Part shown: piece after piece, positions 41,183 through 54,029 of the stretch
Layout of the letters: each line of letters starts with the position of its first letter
Position numbering within the stretch: the first letter of the stretch is position 1
Source of the DNA: Octopus sinensis
Lineage: Eukaryota
Length of the DNA: 64,000 bases
NCBI RefSeq assembly: GCF_006345805.1
Contig: NW_021833892.1
Coordinates: 1-64,000, forward strand
Direction of reading: 5' to 3'
The notes under the pieces: model-generated
Databases searched by the model: none
The model's input: the letters and a program-made list of their open reading frames with translations, nothing else
Told to the model about the DNA's origin: nothing
Translations under genes and position numbers: made by a program

Positions 41183-41319
41183 AAGTAACAAGAATAACGT
41201 GCAAAATATTTATAATAATTAAAAATTAAATAATTTTTGTCACTTAGAACTAAAATTAAAGTAATTTAATTTTTTGCCGTCAATCTTCAGCTTATTTGGA
41301 ACCGGTCATAGATTAACAC

Positions 41320-41600
41320 AGACTGCCTGTCAGCCATATTTTGCCGATCTCACCCTTCCCGCTATGATGCTAAAGTTACGCCTTTGGACTACATCCTCTC
41401 TCTTGTAGAATGAATGCCGATTTCCTCAGCACACAAAAATCAATAAATTAATCCAAAAAGCTCTGGAAATAGCAGGTTTTACTTCAGTTGTGGAACCGAT
41501 GGGCATTGATTTTGAAGGTGCAAAATGTCCCGATGGCAGTACGGTATTCGTTTTTGAATTCGAGAAACAGCTTGTTTGGAACGTCAAGGCAGGAAAGTTC
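41320..41600 (+). mobile_element. CRE-like zinc-finger/RLE fragment
   Basis: GLHPLSC ... INKLIQKALEIAG..VEPMG...PDG..LVW. Confidence 0.7.
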
Positions 41601-42386
41601 CACATGGAGAAAATATGGGAACAGATGGCTTCTTAAACTAAATATTTTCTGCTTATAAGTTTTCCATTTTTGTTTTTTTGACGAAAATTGTTAGAATATA
41701 ATTTACTTTAATAACTGAATTAAACAATTTTATTAATACCTCGCTTTTATCGCGATGATCAAAGCTCTTGAAGGAGATCCGTTCCCCGATCATAGAAAGA
41801 AGCGCACTGAATTTTGATAAAATTATCCCTTACTCATTGCTTCGTTTACCTGAAGACTTTATGTCTAGAATATTGAAGTTTTTCAGTTTTTTGGCAAATA
41901 GTCATATATTCGATTTCCCAATAGTTTATGTTCTGAAATTTGTTCCAAAAATTGGCCGACATTACTCTTGCTTTTAATAGTCTTAAAATTCGTTGCGTGA
42001 TACCGAATATTTTTTCCCTATTTAGTACTTAACTGGACTTGTTGACCACACCAAGAGATTAGTAGCTATTTGCAGGATTCGAAATAAGTAGAGCCAAGAC
42101 ATCAAGCCAAAACTTGTTCTCTAATTACATTCGAATCAAAAACACGGAAGACAATGCTGATCCAACGCACATTTCAGAATTTCAGCATCGGCCTTGAAAT
42201 TTTGTCCCAGAAACGCAAAAATGAAAAAAATCTGAATTTTCTGTACAAACAGCAAGCTTTAAATGTGAGAACTCTAATAATCTACTAAATTTTCAATTAA
42301 AAGAACAATTAATGAATGAAAACACCTTAAACTAGCTAGAAATAAAAGGTTATTACAATGAAGAAAAACCAAATTAGAATTAGTGA

Positions 42387-45073
42387 TTATTTGAGAGACG
42401 CCATGTAATTGAGAGCACTTCCCGCCCTAAACCAGAGGATCTGCTCAGCGCTGAAGGAATGATTGAGGGGAAATTCCTCAACTTGGCCGTTCGAATGAGA
42501 AAGGACGCATTTCAATGCCTAAAATACACAACAAAAAATACCTTCCCAGGCTCCATATCTGTCAATCCAATAATCGATATTATGTCGTCAGATAAAACGC
42601 GATTATAATCCGCAGGGTCAGCAAAGGTCAGAGGGAGCATTCCGTGTTTTTTCAAATTCGTTTCTGCCTAAATAAAAAACGGCAGAAAACCATGAATTCG
42701 AGCAAAACTTTTGACAATAACAGCAAACCCTCCGAGATGCCGTGGTTCCAAGGCAGCATGTTCTCTACTACTGCCCTCTCCATAATTATCATCCCCAATA
42801 ACCACCCACCGCACTCCATTGGCCTCATAATAATAATCAAATAAATACTTTGTAATTCCTGGCCACATCGGGGACACCAGAATACTTCCCAGTGAGTCGA
42901 TCAAAAACTTTATTGGCCTCTCCGTTCGCATCATTCGTAGCACTTTGGTAATAATACAACTGACTAACGTTATAAACATATTGTTGCTGATATTATCCAA
43001 ATGTCCCCTGTATTTTAACCAAGGGCCCGCTGCACTGATGTGGTCAGTAGTACACTTCCCCCGGACTTTTATTAAAATAGTCATATCGGTGTAGTCCTTT
43101 CCGTCCCATCGAGCAAAGGCATTTAGCCTCTGCAGACGCTGGCTCGAAGGGTCGATATTGACCTCCAATTGGGATCCATCTTCCGGGGGAGCCACATATC
43201 CTTCAGTTCCTTGGTCAAATAACTCAGGCAATTCAATTCCCCGTGGTTCTGTCAACTTAAACCTTGTTTTGCCTAAAAACTGATAAAATTCCCGTAAACC
43301 ATCACTCGACACTATTTCATCGACAAGTGGATTAAAATCGAGTCTTCCCGCGGCAGCAAATGCCGTGACAATCTCTGGAGATGTGACAAATGTGTGAGTG
43401 GCTGGATTGGCATCATTTCTCCCCGTGAAATTGCGGTTGTATGAAGTTATTACTGTATTCGGAGTTCCTTTAGGCATGTTTTCTCTCTTCCACTGACCAA
43501 TGCAAGGTCCACACGCATTTGCCAACATTGTCCCACCAAATTTCTTGAACACTTGGGCCTTGAATTGTAAAATAATATAAAATACCTGCCCATCCTTTTC
43601 GATGGTGGCCTGGATCTGAGACGATCCTGGAGTGACTGCAAAGTAGACTTTGGACTTATCTCCCCTGTCGATTACTTGCTGAGCCACCGAGGCTGCCTTA
43701 GTCATATCTTCATAAGAACTGTTAGTACAACTCCCAATCAATGCTAAAATAATCATCATTTACAAAATATATCTGACTAATTCTTCTTACCAGCAGATAC
43801 TTCCAAGGGCCATCCTGAATCGACCGCGACAGTATGCATTTTAGAAAGCGGAGTAGCTAAATCAGGAGTGAATGGCCCGTTGATGTAAGGCTCAAGCTAA
43901 CCCATAAAAGACAACAAAAACCTCATCAAGATTAATTTCAATGACTCGATCATACTCACATCCCTCATCAGCCTCAAGAAAATCCCGATTCTCTCTACAA
44001 TACTCTGCTATCTCTTCTCTTCTCGTAGCACGCAAGTAATTATACATCGAAGTAGTATAAGGAAACAATGACGTAGTCGCCCCAATCTCTGCTCCCATAT
44101 TACATACAGTCCCCATTCCTGCCAGTCTTATCCTCTCCTCTCACCTGTGCACGAAATGGAATGTACACCCTCTCCAAAGTATTCAAAGACATATCCAGTC
44201 CCCCCCTTAACTGTAAGCATTCCCAACAAATGTAGGATTATATCTTTGGGAGAAGACCACCCACTTAGTTTCCCGCTCAATTTTATACCCATTATCTGTG
44301 AAAATAATGTTGACTGTCTACTTTAGGACATTTGACTTCCCAAGGCAGTCCTACCATCGCATCGACCGCATCTGAGCCACCAACTCCAATAGCAATAGAC
44401 CCGAGACCGCCTAAAAATATATTTCAAAATCAAACCTCCATTTGGAGTATGAGAATCAGTCCCGATTATAAGAGCTCCTGGATAAGCGTAATTTTCCAGC
44501 ACAATTTGATGGATAATTCCACTTCCTGGCTTCCAAAATCCAATTCCATATTTTGCCGCAGTGGAACTCAGAAAATTGTAAACTTCCTCATTCGTGACAA
44601 CCGCCTTTTCCAGATCCCTGTCATTATATTCCCTGGCCTCTATTAAATGGTCACAGTGGATTGTGGACGGGACTTGGACCTTTGGGAGTCCAGAGGACAT
44701 AAATTGGAGAATAGCCATCTAAAAGTATTAGCGGGTTTGAAACCTGAGCTGTCACATCTTGCATGGCTACCCTATCTGGACGGAGTTTTAGAAAGCTTTC
44801 TCCACGAATGAGTGACTAAATGACAGAATTCACTGTACTTGTTCACGAGGATCGTCGAGGTGGCCGTATATAATTTTTTCGGCATAAGTAAGTGGTCGGT
44901 TTAGTCTTTTCTTGACAATGTCGATGTTTTGTCGATATTTGTCGAAGGAGAGGTAGACATTTTTTTCGTAATTATTTAGCGGTATCTATTAATGATAATA
45001 TAAATTATACTTTTGATGTAAAAAGTCGTTTAGAAATAGAATGGAATATTTTGGCTGAATGTAGCAATCGCAT
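42387..45073 (-). CDS. ACO2: Mitochondrial aconitate hydratase, multi-exon
   Basis: Presequence MRLLHSAK...; [12 protein letters not shown]; TIHCDHLI; [12 protein letters not shown]; [11 protein letters not shown]; [11 protein letters not shown]; [12 protein letters not shown]; WFRAGSALN. Confidence 0.97.
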
Positions 45074-45239
45074 TTATTTAATTTACGATCAAAAAATTCA
45101 CACAAACCCAGTCACTGCTGAGAGTAAATATGATTAGATTTATTTATTTTTATTGATCAAACATAATTAAATAAATAATTCTAAACGTATTAAATGTTTC
45201 CCAGTCAAAATTAAAAAAATATACGTGGATGGAAATTTA

Positions 45240-46133
45240 TTTTTATAACGTGAATTATTGGTATCTCAAAATTCGCTTTGTAAGCATTACAGAAATATTA
45301 TAAGCATTACAGAAAAATCTGCCATTTGAGCTAAAAATGTACTGGATTTAACAGTCAACATAGTGAATTTGATTCGTGGCAGGGCTATAAATCATCGACT
45401 TTGTAAAATACTCTGTGAAGAACTAGGAACATATCATTCATTGCTTTTATTTCATATTGGAATACGTTGTTTATTAATTATTTAAGGTAATAATGGTTCC
45501 AACATTGAAGCTATTGAAAAAATGTCTGCGTTTAAAGAAAAATTATCACTATTAAAGAGAAAAATACGAAATAACAACGCTATAATGTTTCCGATGGTAG
45601 AAAATAAGATTGGTGACAATAAACCTGAAAAATGGTTTTCTTTTTTGATTATTGATCATCTCGAAAATCTTGAAAATAAAATTTGAGATTATTTCCCAGT
45701 TACTGAACGAATTGCGACTTAATAATACACCCTTTTATTCCAGAAATCAATAAATTAATTTATGACGGCCAAGAAATTGATTTCCGAGAACATTTGATTG
45801 AATTACGAAATTCGCAGTTTCGCAAGTTGACATTTAATTCGCATTCGATAATGGAATTCTGGATTTCTGTTATTAATGAATATCCAATCTTAAGTAAAAA
45901 TGCACTGGAAATGATAATTCCCTTTCCAACCACTTATTTATGTGAAATGGCAATGTTTTGTCGGAAACATTAAAATTGAACAGTTAGTTAGTTTCTGAAA
46001 AGCAGGATTAAGAATCATATTAACTCTAAATACTATGATTTTTTAAATTTTGGTAGCTTTTTTATTAAATTGGTCTCCAGAAAAATTCAACAGATTAACG
46101 TGGTCCCCGGTCAAAAAAGATTAAGAAACACTG
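45240..46133 (+). mobile_element. Decayed hAT relic with 3' TIR
   Basis: VNLIRGRAINHRL..LCEE.G..H..LLFH, FPTTYLCE; ends AAGAAACACTG|atcTAgga. Confidence 0.8.
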
Positions 46134-46965
46134 ATCTAGGATTCCAAATAGTTAAAGGCAGAATGACCAGGAGATGAATATTATTATCAAAACGCAATTT
46201 CATTGGTCATAACAAAGCATGTACAGGTTTGGAATTAATTTATTCTGTTTTGAAACCAACATAGAACGTTTTGTATGATTCAGATAAAAACGACAAGCTT
46301 AAAACACATGAAAGTGATTGACAAGGACGTAAACTAGCCCTAGCTTAGAGATTGAGAAATGATTGAAAAGGGTGTTCAGGTGGAAGATGGTGTCAAATCA
46401 ACAAAGTGACTTAAAAAACAAAAGAACACAAAGAATTCAACTGGAAATTTTATTACTAAATAATAATTCGAATGAAAGAAAGCATTTTTAAGTTCAACTT
46501 TTGTTGGGACTTTGTCTTTGATAAATTATCTGTTCAGAGATCTGATATTGTCAAAATACTGCGACACTAATTTTGTTTAACTTATGTTAAAGGGTTTTGA
46601 TATTTTCAAAAAACATTATGAATATTAAAAACTGTAAATTTTTGTTGTTTCAAAACTAAATAGGAGAATGAAGCCAGACAAATCTATCTCTAATTTTGTA
46701 GTAAAAGCATTTTAATTTAAAAAATAAGGAAAATAAACTATTATTTGATGTATTATTCTTACAGTTAAGTATTACTTCCTAATTTTATTTGTAATAAATA
46801 TAATTAGAGAAATAAATAACACAAGAATATGATCAATAAATACGTGCAATTGTAATAAAAATTCAATGGTATCTATATTAATTTGAGACAAATTTAATTA
46901 ACGGCAAACATCCACGTTAAAAGTTTAATATAAATATTAATTTCGGATCGTCTAATAATTCCGAA

Positions 46966-48184
46966 ATGAAAGAAAGCATAGTCAATGTTTGCGACAGTGA
47001 ATCTTCTGAAAGTACAAGTAAAAACTGAATATAAACTATGTTTTAGTTTTAAAAATTGTCATTAAGAAAGGGAAAAAGAGATCTCACAAAAAAACAAAAA
47101 AACAAGCTAAAAATGCTAAGCATGTGGAGTCATCATTTTTAGCAAAAACTGATGAAAACACGATTGTTCAACAAGAATCAACTGCACCAATTGAAACACA
47201 GACATGCGAATCCACAATGTGTGCAGAATCCAAACCACCAATAGTAGTACCGACAGATGAATCAGGCACGATTCAATATTATTTAAATTCAGAAATTGAC
47301 AGCAGTGAAAGCATATTTTATAATGGAGACAAATATAAAAATCTCAAAAAAGCAAATAAAAAAACTCAAAATAAAGAAGTAGTAACCAATAGAACGGCCA
47401 GCGAAAACAGTACTTCTGGTAACATTGTATAATTTAGTGTTTATAGCTGATGAAGAAAAATCAGAAGTTAGCGAGAAAGAAGTATTATCAGAAGGAATTA
47501 ACGGTCTTTTGGCAATTTGTATATTTTTAGAATCTCCTGTACCAATTTTGATTGGAAATTTAAATCCTGAACTCTCTGAAACTCAATTGGTTAGATTATT
47601 CCGCAAAAAAGGAGTTTCGCTTTCGATGGTGGAGATGAAAAATTGGTATTTTTATAATTTCGAAAACTTTCTACAGTTCTGCTACAGCTGTTGTAGAACC
47701 AGGACAACTACCAAAAGCAATGGATTTGATAGGGAAACGTATCAAAAATAAAAAGATAGCAATCGTTGTGAATGAGGATCTGACTGAATCTGAACAGCCA
47801 AAATATGTCTCACTTTTTGTAAAATACATGTCCCCCGACACAACTCGAGAATCGTTAAAGAATGCATATAAAGGATGTGTGTCAGCTACGGTGATTTACG
47901 ACCCACAAACTGGAATATCTAAGGGGTGAGCACCTGTGCTGTCTTATTAGTTTAGATTTGGCTTTGTTAATTTTACGACTCGTGCAGAAGCGAATAGTGC
48001 CATACAAACCGTTAAGAAGATTGATGGGAGAGTTATTTCAAGTGCACTAGCAAGTTTGTAATAATTTTTACGAAAATTAGGAACATCAAAGCCTATAACG
48101 GAGCCTCAGAATAATTCAGAAGGGACAATTCAGACTACAAATAAAACGCAATCTTTGGGACGTAGAGCTATGAATAATCCTTAA
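46966..48184 (+). CDS. Two-RRM RNA-binding protein, nucleolin-like, multi-exon
   Basis: SLFVKYMSPDTTRESLK...YDPQTGISKG|FGFVNF resembles the last nucleolin RRM; basic N-terminus. Confidence 0.7.
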
Positions 48185-48429
48185 ATATAATTTTAGTTAA
48201 TTAATGTTTCTTTGGTGTTTAAATTACTGCTTTCTAAATTTAGTTTTACAAAAATATCGAAATTTCCATTGTTTGAATAATTGAAATGTAACTTTGTCTG
48301 TTTCTGGAACCAATTTGTCTGTCTGGTTTGGGAAGTCAGAATTTTTTTTGCCCTTTTGAAAATAAGCGAATCTAACTTTAATTTTTGTTAGTAAAACTAA
48401 TTTCGAAAGCTTTCTAAAACTACGTCCAG

Positions 48430-48555
48430 ATCGAATAGTCATACACAATACCACTTTGTTAGCCAAGACTAATGCTCCTTCTTCCAAAATTTTGTGGCTG
48501 TTTCAGTCAACCCACCACATTCGACTCTCTTCCAGTTGTATACTGACTTTCATTA
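48430..48555 (-). pseudogene. MCM helicase AAA+ gene fragment
   Basis: YTTGRE..VG/LT...LEEGALVLAN with a frameshift and a deletion. Confidence 0.5.
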
Positions 48556-48916
48556 ATATACAACTCCAAATACAATAATTTCATATAACCGCAATTTCGC
48601 TGGGAGGAATGATGCCAATCCTTTCATTTACAATTTTTTCAAATCTCGCCAGATTTTTACAATACCAGAGAAAGACTCGAGTCGATGAAATAGTCTCGAG
48701 TGAAAATTACACGCAATTTGAAAATATTTCAAAAATGAATAATAATTTGGGAATTTTTTTGTACATCGTATTTAATTAGTAACAGAGGATAAGATGGAAT
48801 CTTTCAAGTCGGTCATAATGATGTAATTAGGGTTAATTAAAATCTGATTTTGTTATTTTTAGAAATTGATTATTGTATAATTTAGTATAAATTTGAGTAA
48901 ACAGTCCTTTTATAAA

Positions 48917-49105
48917 ATGATTAGAGTATTAATAATATTATTTTATATATTTTTAACAATTTCCGATTACATCTCACCACCAAATCCCCCTGAAGAGTTT
49001 AACACAATGGAAGAAGTCATAAAATTCCTTAAAGAATATTACGACTACTTTGTCGTTATGATGCAACCAAGGTTAAAACTTATAAAATTTAGCTTCAGAT
49101 TTTAA
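48917..49105 (+). CDS. npf: Neuropeptide F / NPY-family precursor
   Basis: Signal peptide MIRVLIILFYIFLTIS; mature DYISPPNPPEEFNTMEEVIKFLKEYYDYFVVMMQPRF; phase-2 intron inside the Arg codon (49072-49098). Confidence 0.88.
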   Translation: MIRVLIILFYIFLTISDYISPPNPPEEFNTMEEVIKFLKEYYDYFVVMMQPRLKLIKFSFRF

Positions 49106-49244
49106 ACTCACAGTCAACAATTAATTCTCATCACTAACATAATTACTCATTTGATTTGCTAAAATAATTACAAAAGTGGCTTAATTATTCTCAGCTTACT
49201 CAAAGAAAAATTAGAAATCATATTTAAAGACCTACGAAGAAATG

Positions 49245-50866
49245 TTATTTTAAACTATTAGTATAAGGATTTAATGCAGGAGTCAATTCATTCGTAATAA
49301 ACTCGTCGATCTGTTGTGGTATACATCCGATATATTGCAAGGGATCTTTATAATCATCAACAAAAGGAAAATGCTGAGCAATATTCGATATTACATCACC
49401 TCCTTTCATTGAACACGCCCTAAGAATTGCATGACAGTCCTAAATATATTAAAAAATTAAAAAAAAAAACTTGTCTGTCTCCTCCCCTTCTGACAGCCTC
49501 CATAAGAACTTTTTCAGTGACCATAAAAGGAAGATGTTTGAGAAGATTAGAGGCTACCATCTACGACATATCTTTATATAAAACTTTTTGGTCGACTTGA
49601 ATACCACTGAAAACTCTTAGTAGTAGGTCAAGTACTCCATCGGCCAGTAGGAATGCCTCAGTCATCGTGATTCGTCTAATCATATAAGCAATAAATATGC
49701 CGATTTGCACTATCGTCAAGAGACCTCTCCAACCATTGAGTGGAGAGAGTCATCAGTGGATTGAGAGCCAGACTAATAAGGAGACGGGAAAGTGAACAAC
49801 ATCGTTCGCTCAAAATAGGATTACGTTTGTAGGGCATAGCACTGGAACCTATTTGTCAGTCACAAATAGATACCAATCTGTTCATCTCCAAATGGCTCCG
49901 ATAATTCTCTGTCGTGTGCCAGTAGTCGAATATCTGTACAAATCTTGTGGATGGATGCACCAAGACTTGCAAGGCCATTTAATATCATCACATCTTGCTT
50001 ACGACTATAGGTCTGACCAGTCACGACATATGCACTATTACTTACATAGAAATACAACCCGACAAAGTCAAATACACTGACTAGTTTTTCTTCCAATGAT
50101 TTGACCTTAATTATAGCGTAATTAAGAACTTTAAAAGTATCATCAAGTATTGACAAATAGCTGTCTTGAGACCCAGTTGCCCCCTTTAGTCCTTTAAGTC
50201 TTAGATTTGATCGAATGTCTGTCAGAGATTTCAAATCAGCCAGTAAATCTGCAGTCCACATGGCCGCTCGTTTTCCATACGTTGTCGCCTGTGCTGGTCT
50301 AGACATTAAGTAATCAAAAACTGATAATGAGTGTAGGCCAAAGCAACATTATTTCGATGTTTTTGAATAAATATTCTTAATGTGTCACAACAACGAGCAA
50401 TCTATATTTCTAAACTGCCAAAAATACTTTGACAAGTATCATGTCTAGTGCCTGTCTATAAATAATGATATCCTGCAATGTTAAGATTTGCTATGACTAC
50501 TGCATTGTCGGTTATATCACTCGAAGTTGCTCCCAAGTGAATTATTGGACGGGCAGATGGGCAGCATTGTCCATATGTCTTGACATGTGCCATCACATCA
50601 TGTGAGATTTCAGCCTCTATTCGACTAGCCAATTCAAAATCAATGTTATTCTGGTTTTTTGACAATTCTTCAACCTGTTCCTGACTGATTGGACATCCTA
50701 ATTCCTATTGACTTATTTATTAATACTATCTCACCATTTCCGCCTTGGCAAGTTCGGTCCAAATGATTCTCCATGTCCTTACCTTGTTTTGTTCACTAAG
50801 GAGACTCAGCATCTCCTTTGTGGCATATCGGGTCTCTATTGGACTGTGGTATATTTCCCTGTCCAT
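49245..50866 (-). CDS. ADSL: Adenylosuccinate lyase, multi-exon
   Basis: [10 protein letters not shown]; HDVMAHV; IHLGATS; AQATTYGKR; GLKGATG; [10 protein letters not shown]; 3' end approximate. Confidence 0.95.
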
Positions 50867-50959
50867 GCACAATCTCGATTAGTAATATTTTCTAAATCGT
50901 GACAAATTATATAATTCTATTAATTATAATCGATATAATTGTTGTTTAAAATAAAGTAC

Positions 50960-51600
50960 ATTTTCTTTAAAACGACATTTGCTGATTACTGTGTGTGTTT
51001 TAGACATTGTGCAAGAGAGGTACGTCGCCACCTCAACCAAAAATTGCCCCGGGAACCCACCACTACGCTCTAGAATCTACAACGCTTTTGTCAAACCGGT
51101 GCTATTGTACAACTCATCTACATGGGGCATCTCTGACACCGAACTAAAGAATCTTGACTCTTTTCACAGAAAACAGCTTCGCGTCCTAAATGGCCTGCAT
51201 TGCCTAAGAAAATCAACAACTCATCGCTCTACAAACTCAGTAACTCGGTGCCAGTCAGCCAGGACATCATAGATGGCCGCTGGAGGCTTTTCGGACACGT
51301 CCTGAGAATGGACCCGTCCTCACCTGCTTACCAAGCCATGGAAGAGTACTTTCTCTCGGATAGCCCAAAGTTTCGCGGACGTCCCCGCACAACACTGCCG
51401 GTTGCGCTGGAACACGATCTGAAACACGTGGGCAAAACCCTGAAAAATGCGAGGACTTGGACGAACTGCGATGGCTTGCACAAAACCGCAGAGGATGGCA
51501 AACGATGGTTAAGAAGATTGTATCGTGTGTGGCACGTGTGGGAATATAACTCTTTCCTTTCCTTGTTTATGTTCCTACGGGAAGTGCTAATAATAATTTG
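50960..51600 (+). mobile_element. RTE-like LINE 3' part
   Basis: RIYNAFVKPVLLYNSSTW; DGRWRLFGHVLRM; FRGRPRTT; short (TAA)n tail. Confidence 0.88.
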
Positions 51601-51679
51601 CTGATTGATTAAATTAGGACCCCAAAAAATAATCTAATCGTGTAGTATAAAATAATTAAAACAAAAGCCAAGGAGGATC

Positions 51680-52000
51680 CCCAAACAAGTGCGGTAAAGC
51701 GATCGTCTGGGACGCGACATGCTCTGACACATTTTTGTCATCATTTTTGTCATCAGCGGCCACGAAAGCGAAGGTACGAAAACCGAAAAATACGGATCCT
51801 TCTAGAACAGATTCATTTTCGAACCAGTGTCAGTCGAAACCTCAGACAGGCTAGGACCATCAACTCTTCGTTTCCTCTGAGAGAAGCCGCCACCTCGGAA
51901 GAATTAGAAACGAGCCCATAAGCACAATTGGCTTTTTGGGCGTGTCTCAATAGCTGTTCTTAGGAGGAACAGTTTCTGAATTCTCTCTGTGGGTAGTCTC
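51680..52000 (+). mobile_element. CRE-like RLE 3' fragment
   Basis: GKAIVWDATCSDT; FEPVSVETS.RLGP; RVSIAVLR. Confidence 0.75.
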
Positions 52001-52059
52001 TGATTGCTTTTTGTTTCTTTGTTTAATTATTATTATTCAAAGCACAGAGAATGTAAATT

Positions 52060-52600
52060 AACTAAGGTCCCGTTTGTGTCACACGTTTCACCAAGCTTCT
52101 CCATCGGTGTCTGTTTTTTGCGTCCCCTCTTCTAGGTCTTCCGCACATTTGAGTTTTTTCCCAATTTTATTGAGATCCTTGTTTAGAACAACAGGGAGAG
52201 TGATTCCAAGTCTTCCTTGTTTTCATTGTCAAAGTAATTGTCTATTGTAATGTTTGCGGGAGTGTTTATGTCAATTCTATGTACCTGCCCAAATAGCCTC
52301 CATCTTGATTCGGTAATTTCCGTGTTAATTGGAACCGAGTGTGTCATAGAGAACAATTTTTTGTTAGTATCTTATTTAGCCAATCTATGCCGAATAAATT
52401 GCATAAAAGCTTTCGATAAAATGTGTCAATTTTCTTGAGTTCTAATTCTGTGACTTCATATGTACCCAAGTTGCGAGTAATCGATTCTATTCCAAAAACA
52501 GAAACAGTGACAGAAATTTGTGACGTACGATACAACGAGACGGCTTGTCTAAACAGTCGAACTCTTCCGAGTTGTCACAAGTACCGGCTTTATATAGGAG
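52060..52600 (-). mobile_element. RTE-like LINE 3' fragment
   Basis: TYEVTELELKKIDTFYRKLL..LFGIDW. Confidence 0.6.
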
Positions 52601-53118
52601 TTATATAATCTTATTCGTAGCTTTGTTTTGATTTGCTTTGATCGACTCCATATTTTTTGCATTTTCTTATTCATTGCACTGATTAAGACTCTTTTATAAT
52701 CATGTCCCCACTATTACAAAGCAGGGATCCCAGTTTCTTTTTTTCACTCCAGTTTTCATAAATATGTTTTAATTCTCTTGTGATTCTTATGTGTTCGGTC
52801 TTTTCTTCATTAACATGCAGGGACCAATTCTTTGTCTAATATCTTTTTTATATAAAAAACTAATAAAATGCAGCATACTAAAATTATTCATCATTGCATA
52901 CATATTAGAAAAGTCGAAGAATGTCACAAATTTCTGAAAAATGTTTGAATCTATTTTTAATGGAAAAATCGTGGAAATTCTGGTCATATTTCTAAAATAA
53001 TGAGAGTGAAGAGACTGTAAAATTCTTTAAAATTTTACTTAATTCATCTAAGACAATTCAGAAGTATAGACAACAACAATCTTTTACTTATTTTTGCAAC
53101 AAAAACATATTTATTAAG

Positions 53119-53919
53119 TTATTTTATTCCAATTCGTTTCTGTTGAAGTTGGACCAAATATTGCTGATATTCAATCTCTTGTCCGTGAAGGAAATCCTTA
53201 TATTCTGTAGGATCGATGTGATCCACAACACTTATACCAACACTCAGAGCTTCCTTAACGACAGTTCTGCATATTGACTGGAGGGAATGGCCTCTCAGGA
53301 ATGGATCCTTAGCCTGTACGAGTGCAATTTCATACACGTGCTTTAATGTTATTTTTCCAGATAAAAAATTTTCTAATTTAAATTTAGTAATAAAATAATT
53401 ATTAAATATAATAATTTTTCCGGATAAAAAATGTTCTAATTTAAATTTAGTAATAAAATAATTATTAAATATAATAATTTTTCCGGATAAAAAATGTTCT
53501 AATTTAAATTGAGTAATAAAATAATTATTAAAGATATGCTCACGTGGTGCATCCGAATTAGGGTCCACTCCTGCCGCAAGTCTGACCAAAAAGACTATGG
53601 GAGGAGGATGAATAATAGTATTACAAGACCGATCAGCCTTCGAATAAAGCTTGACATTACATTTATAGAGATTGTGGTAGGAGTTGGGTAGCCGGCTTTG
53701 AGAGATTCTGTTTTTTCATTAAAATCCTTGCAAAACGCAGCAATTTGAATGTTTCTCTATAAATAGTTGTAAAACGACAACACATCCAAGGGCTGGGCCA
53801 AGAGGGGGTACTGGAGCGGCAGCGCCTGCAGGAATGTTGATAGTAAAAGGCTTGGTTTTATCGAATTTTAAATCTTTAAGTTGCTTCATTATTGTAAGCT
53901 TTTTTAGTTGTTTTGACAT
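53119..53919 (-). CDS. MRPL11: Mitochondrial ribosomal protein uL11m, multi-exon
   Basis: IPAGAAAPVPPLGPALG; FCKDFNEKT; GKITLKHVYEIA. Confidence 0.92.
53351..53536. repeat. 63-bp tandem triplication spanning an intron 3' end and exon start in MRPL11
   Basis: Units start at 53351, 53414 and 53477. Confidence 0.95.
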
Positions 53920-54029
53920 TTTGACCCACAAGTAAACTAGATCGCAATTTAAAATATTTATTAAAATTTACAATATCCATTTAAAAATAATAATTTAAAT
54001 TAATTAAGTTAATTGAATTTAAACCAATG

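Noticed and set aside
41700-42300. Small gene between Tim8 and aconitase
   Set aside because: Intron-like segments are present, but I found no consistent reading frame or homology.
48675-48705. Palindromic GACTCGAGTC/CTCGAG hairpin as a hammerhead ribozyme
   Set aside because: It lacks the CUGANGA and GAAA core arrangement.
52620-53100. Small minus-strand gene downstream of MRPL11
   Set aside because: Short AT-rich ORFs only, with no recognisable motif.
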